Shown: positions 36,897 through 46,738 of the stretch, in pieces
How positions within the stretch are numbered: position 1 is the stretch's first letter
Layout of the letters: every line of letters begins with the position of its first letter
Sequence record: SRR22947725_1174
Reading direction: 5' to 3' (one strand)
DNA length: 51,640 nt
Position numbers and translations under genes: made by a program
The notes under the pieces: generated by a model
Database searches by the model: none
What the model was told of the DNA's origin: nothing
Seen by the model: only the letters and a program-made list of their open reading frames with translations

Positions 36897-38676
36897 GCAT
36901 TAAGATGACATTCTTATCTTGTTCTTTAACCTCAACAACTAATAAATCAATAGGGTCACCTGGTTCAATAGAAGGTAAATAATCTTTCTTCAATTCTTTT
37001 GAAATTTTATCCGAAGGAACAAGACCGACTATATCATCCCCCATATCAATTACAACTCCTGAATCATTTATAGCAGATACAGATCCTTTAAGTTTATCAC
37101 CGGAAGAGTATTTCTCTACAATTTCAGACCACGGATTATCTGCTAGATCTTTCATGCTTAGCAAAATTTTTCTATCCTTATCGGAAATATCTATAACAAC
37201 AAACTTTATTGTATCGCCCTCACTAACAAACTCTTTTGGATGAAGCGGATTTTTTGTCCAATGAAAATCTGTATTTCTAATAAAGCCTTCAATGTCTTTT
37301 CCTAAATCTACATAAGCTCCAAATTTTGTAACTTTATTAACGGTGCCTTCGTTCTTATCTCCGATGGTAACTTGTGAAGATATATCATCCCAAGGGTCTT
37401 TGGTCAACTGCTTGATACCTAAGCTTATTTTTTGCTCATTTGCATCAATGAATAAGATTTTTGATTCTAAAGAATCGCCAACCTTATATTGATCTTGAAG
37501 ATTTTGAATATTCTTGGTCCATGATATTTCAGATATATGAATTAAACCTTCAATACCTTTCTCAAGCTCGATAAAAATTCCATAGTTCATAATACTAACA
37601 ATCTTACCTACAATAGTGTCCCCAATGCTATACTTATCTGGTATCGATTGCCAAGGATTTTCAACTAACTGTTTTAATCCCAAAGAAATCCTGGAAGTTT
37701 CTTTGTTGTAATCAATAATTTGGACAGTGATTTCATCGCCTATTGATACAATTTCGGATGGATGATTAATTCTACCCCATGAAAAATCAGTAATATGTAT
37801 CAATCCATCTACGCCTCCTAAATCAACAAAAGCTCCAAAATCAGTTATATTTTTAACTAATCCCTGTAACTGTGCACCGACTTCAATCTTCGTCATTAGC
37901 TCTTGACGTTTTTCATTCAATGACTCTTCTAATATTGCTTTTCTAGATACTACAAGATTTTTTCTCATTTCATCTACTTTTACAATCTGAAAATCAAATT
38001 CCTTACCAACTAAATCATCAAAGTTTTTTATTGGCTGAACATCAGCTTGAGATCCCGGTAGAAAAGCTTGTATAACACCTAAGTCTACTACAAGACCTCC
38101 CTTAACACGCTTAACAATTTTTCCTTGTACAGGCTCTTTGCTTTGTTCAAATTCTTTGAGCTCATCCCATCTCTTAATGAAATCTGCTTTATATTTTGAT
38201 AGTGTAATATTTCCATCTGTATCCTCAAATTTTTCAAGGAATATATCAATATTGGAACCTATTTCAGGTAAATCTTTGTTATTAAATTCTGATCTACTAA
38301 TTAATCCTTCTGATTTGAAACCAATATCTACCATAATATCATTATCACTAATACCAATTACTTTTGCTGATATGATTTGATTTTCTGATATATCATTAAA
38401 AGTGCCTTGATATTCTTCTAATATATCATCCGCTATTTTTTCAATTTCAACCTGATTTTCTTTGTCTGAAATTACTTTAACCCCAGCAAATAAATCTTTG
38501 CTTAAATAATCTTTAATTGTTTTTTTAGAAAATGTTTCTACCTGTTCAGGTTTATCTTCTGAAGCTGGCTTTTCTATCATTACCTCTTCTGCTACTGATT
38601 CTTCTAATACCGCTTCTTCTATTACTGTCGGCTCTACTACTTCTTGATTTGTATCTTGTTTAGGTTGATCGTTCAT
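36874..38676 (-). CDS. rpsA: 30S ribosomal protein S1
   Basis: Six S1 repeats (VDIGFKSEG, FLPGSQ, FGAFVDLGGVDGLIHI, EGLIHISEISW); follows cmk. ATG 38676 preferred over TTG 38694. Confidence 0.96.
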   Translation of the reverse strand: MNDQPKQDTNQEVVEPTVIEEAVLEESVAEEVMIEKPASEDKPEQVETFSKKTIKDYLSKDLFAGVKVISDKENQVEIEKIADDILEEYQGTFNDISENQIISAKVIGISDNDIMVDIGFKSEGLISRSEFNNKDLPEIGSNIDIFLEKFEDTDGNITLSKYKADFIKRWDELKEFEQSKEPVQGKIVKRVKGGLVVDLGVIQAFLPGSQADVQPIKNFDDLVGKEFDFQIVKVDEMRKNLVVSRKAILEESLNEKRQELMTKIEVGAQLQGLVKNITDFGAFVDLGGVDGLIHITDFSWGRINHPSEIVSIGDEITVQIIDYNKETSRISLGLKQLVENPWQSIPDKYSIGDTIVGKIVSIMNYGIFIELEKGIEGLIHISEISWTKNIQNLQDQYKVGDSLESKILFIDANEQKISLGIKQLTKDPWDDISSQVTIGDKNEGTVNKVTKFGAYVDLGKDIEGFIRNTDFHWTKNPLHPKEFVSEGDTIKFVVIDISDKDRKILLSMKDLADNPWSEIVEKYSSGDKLKGSVSAINDSGVVIDMGDDIVGLVPSDKISKELKKDYLPSIEPGDPIDLLVVEVKEQDKNVILMLDQPDAD

Positions 38677-38680
38677 ATTG

Positions 38681-39340
38681 TTAGTTTCTTTCAATGTGTT
38701 TAAAGATTTGATTTACTTGATCATCGATAGTGCAGGTTGATGTATCAATTACAATTGCATCTTTTGCTTGTTTCAATGGAGAAAGTTTACGACTACTATC
38801 GTACTGGTCTCTATCTGTCAAATCTTGTTTTATTTTGTTAACGTTTAACTCCTCATTTACTCTCTTAAAATCTTCTAATCTTCTTTGTGCTCTAACATCA
38901 TAGTCGGCTGTTAAAAAAAATTTATACTTTGCATCAGGAAAAACTACTGTTCCAATATCTCTTCCTTCAACAATAAAGTTACCATTCTTTGCGGTATCTT
39001 TCTGTATTTTTACCATTTTTTCTCTTACAGCCTTTATCGCACTGACCTCACTTACTGCGCTTGTAATTTCCTTACTTCGAATTAATGTACTAATATCTAC
39101 ATTATCTAAAAGTACTTTAATTTCATCATCAGATGTAAAGTCTAATTCCAAATTTAAAATATCTAACATTTTTTTTACGTGAACCTCAGAGCTAATATCT
39201 ATAAAATTCTTTCTTAAAAAATAAGTAACAGCTCTATACATAGCTCCTGTATCTAAATACTGATATCCTAGCTTACTAGCTAGTCTTTTTGCGGTAGTAG
39301 TTTTACCAACGCCAGCAGGTCCATCAATTGTTATTACCAT
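38681..39340 (-). CDS. cmk: Cytidylate kinase
   Basis: ITIDGPAGVGKTT, LDTGAMYRA, EGRDIGTVVFP; start set at ATG 39340. Confidence 0.97.
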   Translation of the reverse strand: MVITIDGPAGVGKTTTAKRLASKLGYQYLDTGAMYRAVTYFLRKNFIDISSEVHVKKMLDILNLELDFTSDDEIKVLLDNVDISTLIRSKEITSAVSEVSAIKAVREKMVKIQKDTAKNGNFIVEGRDIGTVVFPDAKYKFFLTADYDVRAQRRLEDFKRVNEELNVNKIKQDLTDRDQYDSSRKLSPLKQAKDAIVIDTSTCTIDDQVNQIFKHIERN

Positions 39341-39395
39341 AAAAATGCTCAGAAAGTTAGTTTTTCTTGCAACAAATGCCAAGATGTTTAAAATC

Positions 39396-40112
39396 TTATC
39401 CTTTTCTTGTTATTTTATCTAAATACTGCTTTTCTTTCTTTGTTAATTCTCTCCATTGACCTTCTCTTAATTGATCTAATGTAATATTGCCGAACTTAAC
39501 TCTTTTTAATTCTATAAGATTGAGACCTGAAAACTTAAATATTCTTCTTATCTCATTCTTCTTACCTTGTTTCAAGATCATGTTTACATTTATAGTATTT
39601 TTAATCTTTTCTTGTGAAATAATTTTTGCTCTACCTCTTTCTCCTGAACCTATAAAAATACCCTTTTCAATCTTTTTAATAATTTTTTCACTAATTAATT
39701 GATCAGTTTTTGCAATATACTCTTTTGGTATTTTATTTTTGGGATGAGTTAAGAATTGAGATAAATCTCCATCATTTGTAAGTAAAATTATTCCAGTTGT
39801 ATCTTTGTCTAGTCTTCCTACATGATTTAGAAAAGGTTTTCTAGGCAACAAATCAAAAATTGTCTTTCTACCCATTTCATCACTTCGTGACGATATAAAT
39901 CCTTTAGGCTTATATAAAATAATTGTGGTGTTACTTGCATTTAGAATTATTTTTTGATCATCTAATCTAATATCATCTTTTACGGGATCAATTTCTTCAA
40001 AAGGATCCATGACAAGTACATTATTAACCGTAACCATCGCTAACTGAATTGATTCTTGCGCTTTTCTTCGAGAGACAATTCCCGATGATGAAATAAATTT
40101 AAAGAGCTTCAT
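39396..40112 (-). CDS. rluB: rRNA pseudouridine synthase (RluB/RsuA family)
   Basis: S4 domain SRRKA, VGRLDKDTTG, LTNDG; scpA-scpB-rluB-cmk order. Start 40112 or 40124. Confidence 0.85.
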   Translation of the reverse strand: MKLFKFISSSGIVSRRKAQESIQLAMVTVNNVLVMDPFEEIDPVKDDIRLDDQKIILNASNTTIILYKPKGFISSRSDEMGRKTIFDLLPRKPFLNHVGRLDKDTTGIILLTNDGDLSQFLTHPKNKIPKEYIAKTDQLISEKIIKKIEKGIFIGSGERGRAKIISQEKIKNTINVNMILKQGKKNEIRRIFKFSGLNLIELKRVKFGNITLDQLREGQWRELTKKEKQYLDKITRKG

Positions 40113-40647
40113 TGATGATTCCATTATCTTCAGAATCTATAATCTCAGAAATCTCACTAATTGTTGGCATCTCAGATAAATTTGTTAATCCAAAATGTTT
40201 TAAATATTCATCGGTAGTATGATAAAGTAACGCTTTACCTAATGAATCGTCTCTACCACCTATCTTTATTAATTTTTTGTTTAATAGGTTTTTTATTACT
40301 CCCTTACAATCCACTCCTCTAATTGATTCAATATCTATTCTTGATATTGGCTGCTTGTATGCAACAATCGCTAAAACTTCTAAGCTAGCATTAGACAACA
40401 TGAGCTTTTTTGTTGGCATATACTTAGATATAAATGGCTCAAATTCTTTCTTGGTTACAAGCATATATCCTTCTCCAACAGCCTTGACTTCAAATGCACT
40501 ATCAGAGTATTTAGCATTAATATCTATTATCGTATCATCTAGCGAGGGTATATCATCGCCATCGAATACTCTTTCAATATCTGACTGTAAAAGAGGTTCC
40601 GATGCAACGAAGAGTAAAGACTCTATAATTAACTGCTGTTCTTTCAT
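40099..40647 (-). CDS. scpB: Segregation and condensation protein B
   Basis: IESLLF, LEVLAIVAYKQPISR, IRGV, LYHTT...FGL. Confidence 0.95.
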   Translation of the reverse strand: MKEQQLIIESLLFVASEPLLQSDIERVFDGDDIPSLDDTIIDINAKYSDSAFEVKAVGEGYMLVTKKEFEPFISKYMPTKKLMLSNASLEVLAIVAYKQPISRIDIESIRGVDCKGVIKNLLNKKLIKIGGRDDSLGKALLYHTTDEYLKHFGLTNLSEMPTISEISEIIDSEDNGIINEAL

Positions 40648-41366
40648 GCAGTGATAATATTTAATTTGATTTCAATATCTTCAAAAGTATTTTTTTGTTT
40701 ACAGATCAATTCAGACTCCTTTATCATGTCTAATACAGCCAAGAATGTAACAATAATTTCTAATTTACTTTCTAACTTCTTGATCAAACTAGCCAAAAAA
40801 ATAGTTTTCTTATTTTTAAAATTAGATACAATAAACTGTTTCTGTTCCTGCAATGATATCGTCTCTCTCACCAAGGTAAATGGCTTATCTTCGGATACAC
40901 TATCAATAGCAGTTTGAAATATTTTTGAAATATCAAACAAGCTGACTTCATTTAAAAAGTCTGCAGGATTTGGTTTTTTTTGAAAAGGAATTTTATCATT
41001 TGGCCTGTAAAATAAATCTTTATTCTCCTCATGAATCTCTTTTAATTGATGTGCAATCGTTTTGAAATTTTTATACTGCAATAATTGATCTACTAAGCTA
41101 ATTCTCGGGTCATCGATATCTAAACCTTCTTCATCCTGTTGTCTAGGTAATAACATTCTTGTTTTTAATCTTAGTAACAATGATGCCATAAAAAGAAATT
41201 CTCCAGCTATTGAAACATCGAGTTTTTTAGCAGTATTAATAACATCAATATATTCTGATGTAATTTTAGAGATTGGAATATCATATATATCTATTTTATC
41301 TCTTTTGATAAAATATAAAAGTAGGTCTAATGGTCCTTCAAAATTTTCTAGCTTTACATTAAACAC
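40644..41366 (-). CDS. scpA: Segregation and condensation protein A
   Basis: FEGPLDLLL, IDIYDIPI, IVTFLAVL; GTG start. Confidence 0.95.
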   Translation of the reverse strand: MFNVKLENFEGPLDLLLYFIKRDKIDIYDIPISKITSEYIDVINTAKKLDVSIAGEFLFMASLLLRLKTRMLLPRQQDEEGLDIDDPRISLVDQLLQYKNFKTIAHQLKEIHEENKDLFYRPNDKIPFQKKPNPADFLNEVSLFDISKIFQTAIDSVSEDKPFTLVRETISLQEQKQFIVSNFKNKKTIFLASLIKKLESKLEIIVTFLAVLDMIKESELICKQKNTFEDIEIKLNIITA

Positions 41367-41369
41367 TAT

Positions 41370-42338
41370 CTAAACCATTCCAATAGATTTTTTGACATTT
41401 GATAGCGTATCAGATGCAATAATTTCTGCTTTTTTTCTCCCTATCTCCATTAAATCAAAGATATCATCAGGATTATCTAAATAATGCTGCTTCAAGGTTC
41501 TCTGTTCCGAAAAATAATCCATTATACAATCAAACAACTCATTTTTAATACTCATATACTTTAATCCTGGAGTAGCATATCTATCTTTTAGTTCATTTCT
41601 TTTTTCTTCATCGAGAAATAATGAATACATATTGAAAAGAGGAGTATTTATATCTTTAGGTTCATTAAGACCTGCAGAATCTGTTACAATATTCATTATC
41701 TGATTCTTCATAAATTCTTCATTTCCAAAAATAGGTATGGTATTATCATAAGATTTACTCATCTTTTTACCATCAATACCAAATATTATCTCGCTATTTT
41801 CATCAATATCAATTTCTGGAATAGTAAAAACTGGACCATGAGTATTATTAAATTTTACAGCTATATCTCTAGTCATTTCTAAATGTTGTTTTTGATCTTT
41901 CCCAACAGGAACGATATCAGATTGAAATGCTAGGATATCTGATGCCATTAATACTGGATAAGAAAATAATCCCATATTTGGTGTTAATCCATTTGCAACC
42001 TTGTCTTTATAAGATGTTGATCTTTGCATTAGTCCGACGCTAGTAAAATTAGATAGTATCCACGTTAGCTCAGTCACTTCTGGTACATGAGACTGAACCC
42101 ATATAGTAGATTTTTTATGATCAAATCCCAAAGCTAGCAAATCAGAAAATGCATTAAAGGTATTTTTTTCTAATTCTTCCTTATTATTAATTGATGTCAA
42201 AGAATGATAGTTAGCGATAAAACAAAATAGATCGGAAGAATCTTGAAAATCAATCATCCTCTTAATCATACCAAAATAGTTTCCGATATGTAATAATCCG
42301 GAAGGTTGTGCTCCACTTAATATTCTTTTTTTCTTCAT
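41370..42338 (-). CDS. trpS: Tryptophan--tRNA ligase
   Basis: SGAQPSG, HIGNY, YPVLMASDI, VPVGKDQ, KMSKS. Confidence 0.98.
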   Translation of the reverse strand: MKKKRILSGAQPSGLLHIGNYFGMIKRMIDFQDSSDLFCFIANYHSLTSINNKEELEKNTFNAFSDLLALGFDHKKSTIWVQSHVPEVTELTWILSNFTSVGLMQRSTSYKDKVANGLTPNMGLFSYPVLMASDILAFQSDIVPVGKDQKQHLEMTRDIAVKFNNTHGPVFTIPEIDIDENSEIIFGIDGKKMSKSYDNTIPIFGNEEFMKNQIMNIVTDSAGLNEPKDINTPLFNMYSLFLDEEKRNELKDRYATPGLKYMSIKNELFDCIMDYFSEQRTLKQHYLDNPDDIFDLMEIGRKKAEIIASDTLSNVKKSIGMV

Positions 42339-42339
42339 T

Positions 42340-42873
42340 TTAGTTCCTATCTATAAATAAATAATCTTTCCAACCTACATTTTTATTTTTTACAAACTGA
42401 TTAAAGTACATGAATCTATTAGGTTTTTTCGGTTGTTTCATCAATTTCATATTTGCTTCTTTTAGTGTTCTACTTCCCTTTTTTGCATTACAAGGAGAGC
42501 AAGCTACAATTAGATTCTCCCACGTATCAGAACCGCCTTTAAGTTTTGGAATGATATGATCAACTGTTAGGTTTGATTTTGATCCACAATACTGACAACA
42601 TGAATTATCTCGAAGCAACAAATTTTTTCTATTCAAAACAACTTCTAAACTGTTATATGAAACATATGTTTTCAACTTTACTACACTAGGTACTTTTATT
42701 CGCGTAGAAGGAGAATATATAAATTTGTCATGGCTCATCAAGACATCAACTTTATTTAAAAAATATAGGCATAAAGCACGTTTAGAAGAACATACTGCAA
42801 GAGGTAAATAACTAGCATTTAATACAAGAGTGACACTGTTGTTGATGTTTATATTTGGATTATTTTTCTTCAT
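42340..42873 (-). CDS. HNH endonuclease (McrA-like, zinc-binding)
   Basis: LVLNASY N-terminal motif, RD..CQYCG, TVDHIIP..KGG..WENLIVACSPCNAKK; start set at ATG 42873. Confidence 0.9.
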   Translation of the reverse strand: MKKNNPNININNSVTLVLNASYLPLAVCSSKRALCLYFLNKVDVLMSHDKFIYSPSTRIKVPSVVKLKTYVSYNSLEVVLNRKNLLLRDNSCCQYCGSKSNLTVDHIIPKLKGGSDTWENLIVACSPCNAKKGSRTLKEANMKLMKQPKKPNRFMYFNQFVKNKNVGWKDYLFIDRN

Positions 42874-42935
42874 TCTTAATGAATTTATGAAAATAATCAT
42901 TCACATTTTATAAAAATAACATTAAGATTCTATAG

Positions 42936-43106
42936 AGTAAATGTAGGGAATACTAGTGAAATTCTAGAACAGTCCCCGCTACTGTAATTACTGAGATTTA
43001 ATTATTACCATTCCATAAAAGCTGGGAGAAGGTTTTAAATCGTTAATAGGTATAAGTCAGGAGACCTTATTTACTAAAACAACAAAACTAAACTTCGGAG
43101 GAAAGT
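42936..43106 (+). promoter_or_regulatory. Cobalamin riboswitch with SD-containing P13 hairpin (translational control of btuB)
   Basis: P1 AGTAAATG (42936-43) pairs with TATTTACT (43068-75). Also AGGGAA; P4 CTAG-TGAAATT-CTAG; P5 CAGT-CCCCGCT-ACTG followed by TAA; B12 box AAGTCAGGAGACC; P13 ACTT-CGGAGGA-AAGT just before the ATG. Confidence 0.93.
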
Positions 43107-43109
43107 ATA

Positions 43110-45161
43110 ATGAAATATTACATTTTATTATCAACAATACTCATATCTAATCTTTTTTCACAAACCTTAAATGGAACTGTCATTGATACAAGTGGCCAGC
43201 CTTTATCGCATGTAATAGTAAGAGAGTTACACAGCGGAAATCAAAATGATAATTGGACTACTACAAATGATAATGGATCTTTTGTCATTGAAGTAAGTGC
43301 AGATTCAAAAATTGAATTGAATAGAATTGGATTTGAAAGTAAAACAATTCAACTAGATATTAATGAATCTAAGGTTTTTACTTTAGCAAATGAAAATGTC
43401 AATTTAAGAGCAGTTAATGTGTACGGTAAAAGTAGCTCAAGATACTTAAAAAATACTAGCTTAAAAAATAACTTAGGTTCATTTTCGAGAAATGGTTCTT
43501 TATCCCAACTGCCCTCTCTTGAATTGAGAACCTACGGTGGATATGCAGGCGTAACATCAGCTTCTTTTGATGCAGGTTATGCTCGCCATACAAAAGTACT
43601 ATTCAATGGTGTAGATTTAACTGATGCTCAAAATGGACAAGTAGATTTATCTTCATTTCCATCGTTTACCTTGAGTTCAATAAACTATAGATTAAACTCT
43701 GGGACTACTTATGGTTCTGGATCTATTGATGGAACACTGGATATCAATACCAAAAATGCTCCAAATAGAATTTTTTATAGTTCAGGTGATTATGGATTTA
43801 ATCAATACGGAGCAACATATACAATAGGAAGAGAAAAATCAAAACGAACTATAACTTTTGGGAAAACTACCTATGATGGAGATTATGATTTTAAAGACTC
43901 TGTATCTGGATTAAACAGTAAGAGAGAAAATAATTCAATAGATCAATTCTTCCTTGCAATGAATAGAGAATTTCTTGTTAGAGATGACTTAATAATTAAT
44001 ATAAATTCTTTAACAACCAAAAATACTAGAGGCGCCGCAGGAAGTACTAGCTTTCCATCTGCCCTAGCAACAAGAACTGATGAATATGATTTATATTCAC
44101 TTTCATTTATGAAATTTTTTGTAGACAGTAATCTTAAAGTTTATATGAATCGATCAACTAACAATCAAGTATATGATGACCCTGATGAATCTTTTCCAGT
44201 CTTCAGTGAACACGATCTTGATCAATCTTCATTTGGACTAGATTTTACAAAAGAAATCAGCACTAACTTGGATTATCGACTATCTGCAAAACAAAAAGTT
44301 GATAGTATTAGTAGCACTGATTTAAGTAATCAAGAGCTCAATTCTAACTCTGCTACATTTCTATTAAACTATACTGATTATGAAAAAGACTTTAAGATAT
44401 CACCATCGACAAGATTTGACAAACAATCTGGTAATGATAAATTTACTTACAATATCAGCTTTGAATCTGTAGATCAGTTTGCAAAGGATGATTTATCTTA
44501 TTTTGACTTTGGACTAGATGCAGGCTCCTCTTTCCAATTCCCTACACTGAATGATTTATACTGGCCAGATGGATTATATAGCGCTGGAAATCCAGATTTA
44601 AAACCAGAGGAAAGTGACTACTTTTCTGTTAATATGACAAATAATTCTGTTGTTGGGAAATTTACATTATCAGGAACAATGAAGGATTATGAAAACTTGA
44701 TCTTATGGCAACCTAATGAGTCATTTAAGTATATACCTATAAACGTTTCTTCCGCATCAAGAACAACATATAATATTAATTTCTTGAAAGATTTTGCAAG
44801 TAGTCAGTTGCAAATATCATATAATATTTATGATAGTAAGGACAATGATATGGATGAAAAATTATTATATGTTCCTGATTATTCAGCAAACATATTCCTA
44901 GCTCATAATTTTAACCAGAGCATGAATATGGTACTCAACTACAAATATACTGGAAAACGTATTTTGCAATATGGATCTGATTGGAGTGATCAGACAGATG
45001 GTGATGCTTTTGGCGTACTAGATATTAGTATATCTAAAGATTTTGATGCATTAAAAGCAAGTCTAGTAGTAGATAATCTTCTTGATGAAACATTTGAATC
45101 TACATTAGGATATCCTGAACCAGGTAGAAGTATTAAACTAGTAGCGGAATACAAAATTTAA
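43110..45161 (+). CDS. btuB: TonB-dependent receptor, probable cobalamin transporter BtuB
   Basis: Signal peptide, carboxypeptidase-regulatory-like N-domain, plug (HTKVLFNGV, YGSGSIDG), FPTLNDLYW, GNPDLKPE, C-terminal NLLD...GYPEPGRS; downstream of the B12 riboswitch. Confidence 0.88.
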   Translation: MKYYILLSTILISNLFSQTLNGTVIDTSGQPLSHVIVRELHSGNQNDNWTTTNDNGSFVIEVSADSKIELNRIGFESKTIQLDINESKVFTLANENVNLRAVNVYGKSSSRYLKNTSLKNNLGSFSRNGSLSQLPSLELRTYGGYAGVTSASFDAGYARHTKVLFNGVDLTDAQNGQVDLSSFPSFTLSSINYRLNSGTTYGSGSIDGTLDINTKNAPNRIFYSSGDYGFNQYGATYTIGREKSKRTITFGKTTYDGDYDFKDSVSGLNSKRENNSIDQFFLAMNREFLVRDDLIININSLTTKNTRGAAGSTSFPSALATRTDEYDLYSLSFMKFFVDSNLKVYMNRSTNNQVYDDPDESFPVFSEHDLDQSSFGLDFTKEISTNLDYRLSAKQKVDSISSTDLSNQELNSNSATFLLNYTDYEKDFKISPSTRFDKQSGNDKFTYNISFESVDQFAKDDLSYFDFGLDAGSSFQFPTLNDLYWPDGLYSAGNPDLKPEESDYFSVNMTNNSVVGKFTLSGTMKDYENLILWQPNESFKYIPINVSSASRTTYNINFLKDFASSQLQISYNIYDSKDNDMDEKLLYVPDYSANIFLAHNFNQSMNMVLNYKYTGKRILQYGSDWSDQTDGDAFGVLDISISKDFDALKASLVVDNLLDETFESTLGYPEPGRSIKLVAEYKI

Positions 45162-46738
45162 TCGTCAAATTCCCAAATAATACCAAAAGATAGGAGGCTA
45201 TTCATTGGGTTGAATAGTTCAGCGTTACTAATAGAATAGTCTCCATCAACTGGCAATCTATGGAGTGCATTCTTTAATCTTACTGTTAATAAAACATCTG
45301 CAATAGATATATCTAAATCTAATCCAATATTATAGCTATCTTTATAATGTGTCGTATTATTTGAAACAGGCATATTTCTAAAATAATCAAAATAATAATC
45401 GGAATTATTACGTGATAAGTATAACAGCGAAAGCTTGCCTGCAATCCCTAAATTTTCATTTATAAAAGATGTCTTAAAATGATAATCCATCTCAATTATA
45501 TCCGATCTATTCGAACTTATAAGACTGTCATAAAAATTATGGTAATGAGTTAAGCCTATCTTACTTCTTTTTAAGGGTATCAAAATTTTTGTCTTAAGCG
45601 AAAGCATATCATCAGAATCAAATTTATAGCCGATATTTTCAGGAAAAGTAACATCTTCTAATACATTTTTTGTGATAATATTATTTGCTTGAACGTACTT
45701 TAAGGTTGAGACTAAGGAAACTTTTGTATCTAAAAAATAGTTTAATATAAATGAATCCCAATTCTCCGTTTTTTCATCATTTAGACTATAATCATCAAAA
45801 AGCAACCTTGTTGATTTGTTCCTTCTTTCTAATAATAGTTCAACTGTACCGAAAGTAGCACCATAAGATATGTTAGGGCTTATATTGTCATTAATATAAT
45901 CGATACCATATTTTAAGCTTCCGAAAGGGAGCTTATTTCTATTAGTGAGATGTAATGTATTTCTAGTAAAAGTTTTCAAAGATATTTTATCTTTATAATA
46001 GCTATTGTCTAAGAAAGCTTCGATTGAAATATGCTCATTATTGGAAGCATTAAAATTTAATCTATTTCTTTCTAAATCAATCGCATGACTAATAGGGTAT
46101 TCAATGATTTCTTTTTCATCAAATTTGCTAATATGATTTACTTCGAATTTATAATGCCATTTATCTTTTATAAATATATCTCCAATTGTTAGCGATAAAA
46201 AATCAGAGAATTCTTTATTAGTAGATGTATCTAATCCAGACTGATTATCAAAAATAAAAGTAGCATCTTCTCTAAAATATCCACTTGAAAAGTAAAGATT
46301 ATGTTGGGAGACTGTAGCTTTATAATCAATTTTATAAAATAAGCTAAGTGGACTAGAATCTGCATTTGCAAATTCTGAATAATTACCAAAAAAACTTTTT
46401 TTCATAGCTAAAAACTGAAAATCGGTATTTTCGGAATGTTTTTTCAATCCGATATTCAGCCTATCGAAACCATAATCACCAAATTCATATCGAAACTTAC
46501 TCTTTACATAAACTGAGTCTGATGGCATATCCTCAAAATCAAAAGATGAAAATTTATTTCTAAAATTGGTTGAAGATTTATCTATAAGCAAATTATCAAA
46601 TCGCTGATCTCTATCCCAAAGAATCTGATTATTACTTAGCTCAACTCCAAATTGACCTGACATATCATAATTGACGCTTTCTTGAGTGAATAATAGTGAT
46701 AGTGTAAAAATATAAATTATACTAAACTTATTTATCAC
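45158..46738 (-). CDS. Hypothetical outer-membrane beta-barrel (putative porin-like) protein
   Basis: Signal peptide, many alternating aromatic/hydrophobic strands, C-terminal FGIIWEFDD. Confidence 0.6.
   Translation of the reverse strand: MINKFSIIYIFTLSLLFTQESVNYDMSGQFGVELSNNQILWDRDQRFDNLLIDKSSTNFRNKFSSFDFEDMPSDSVYVKSKFRYEFGDYGFDRLNIGLKKHSENTDFQFLAMKKSFFGNYSEFANADSSPLSLFYKIDYKATVSQHNLYFSSGYFREDATFIFDNQSGLDTSTNKEFSDFLSLTIGDIFIKDKWHYKFEVNHISKFDEKEIIEYPISHAIDLERNRLNFNASNNEHISIEAFLDNSYYKDKISLKTFTRNTLHLTNRNKLPFGSLKYGIDYINDNISPNISYGATFGTVELLLERRNKSTRLLFDDYSLNDEKTENWDSFILNYFLDTKVSLVSTLKYVQANNIITKNVLEDVTFPENIGYKFDSDDMLSLKTKILIPLKRSKIGLTHYHNFYDSLISSNRSDIIEMDYHFKTSFINENLGIAGKLSLLYLSRNNSDYYFDYFRNMPVSNNTTHYKDSYNIGLDLDISIADVLLTVRLKNALHRLPVDGDYSISNAELFNPMNSLLSFGIIWEFDD

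Noticed and set aside
42340..43106. HNH gene next to a structured RNA as a possible HEARO/OMEGA-type RNA-guided system
   Set aside because: The RNA is on the opposite strand, has all cobalamin-riboswitch hallmarks and is tied to the btuB SD. The HNH protein lacks RuvC or PLMP-like regions.
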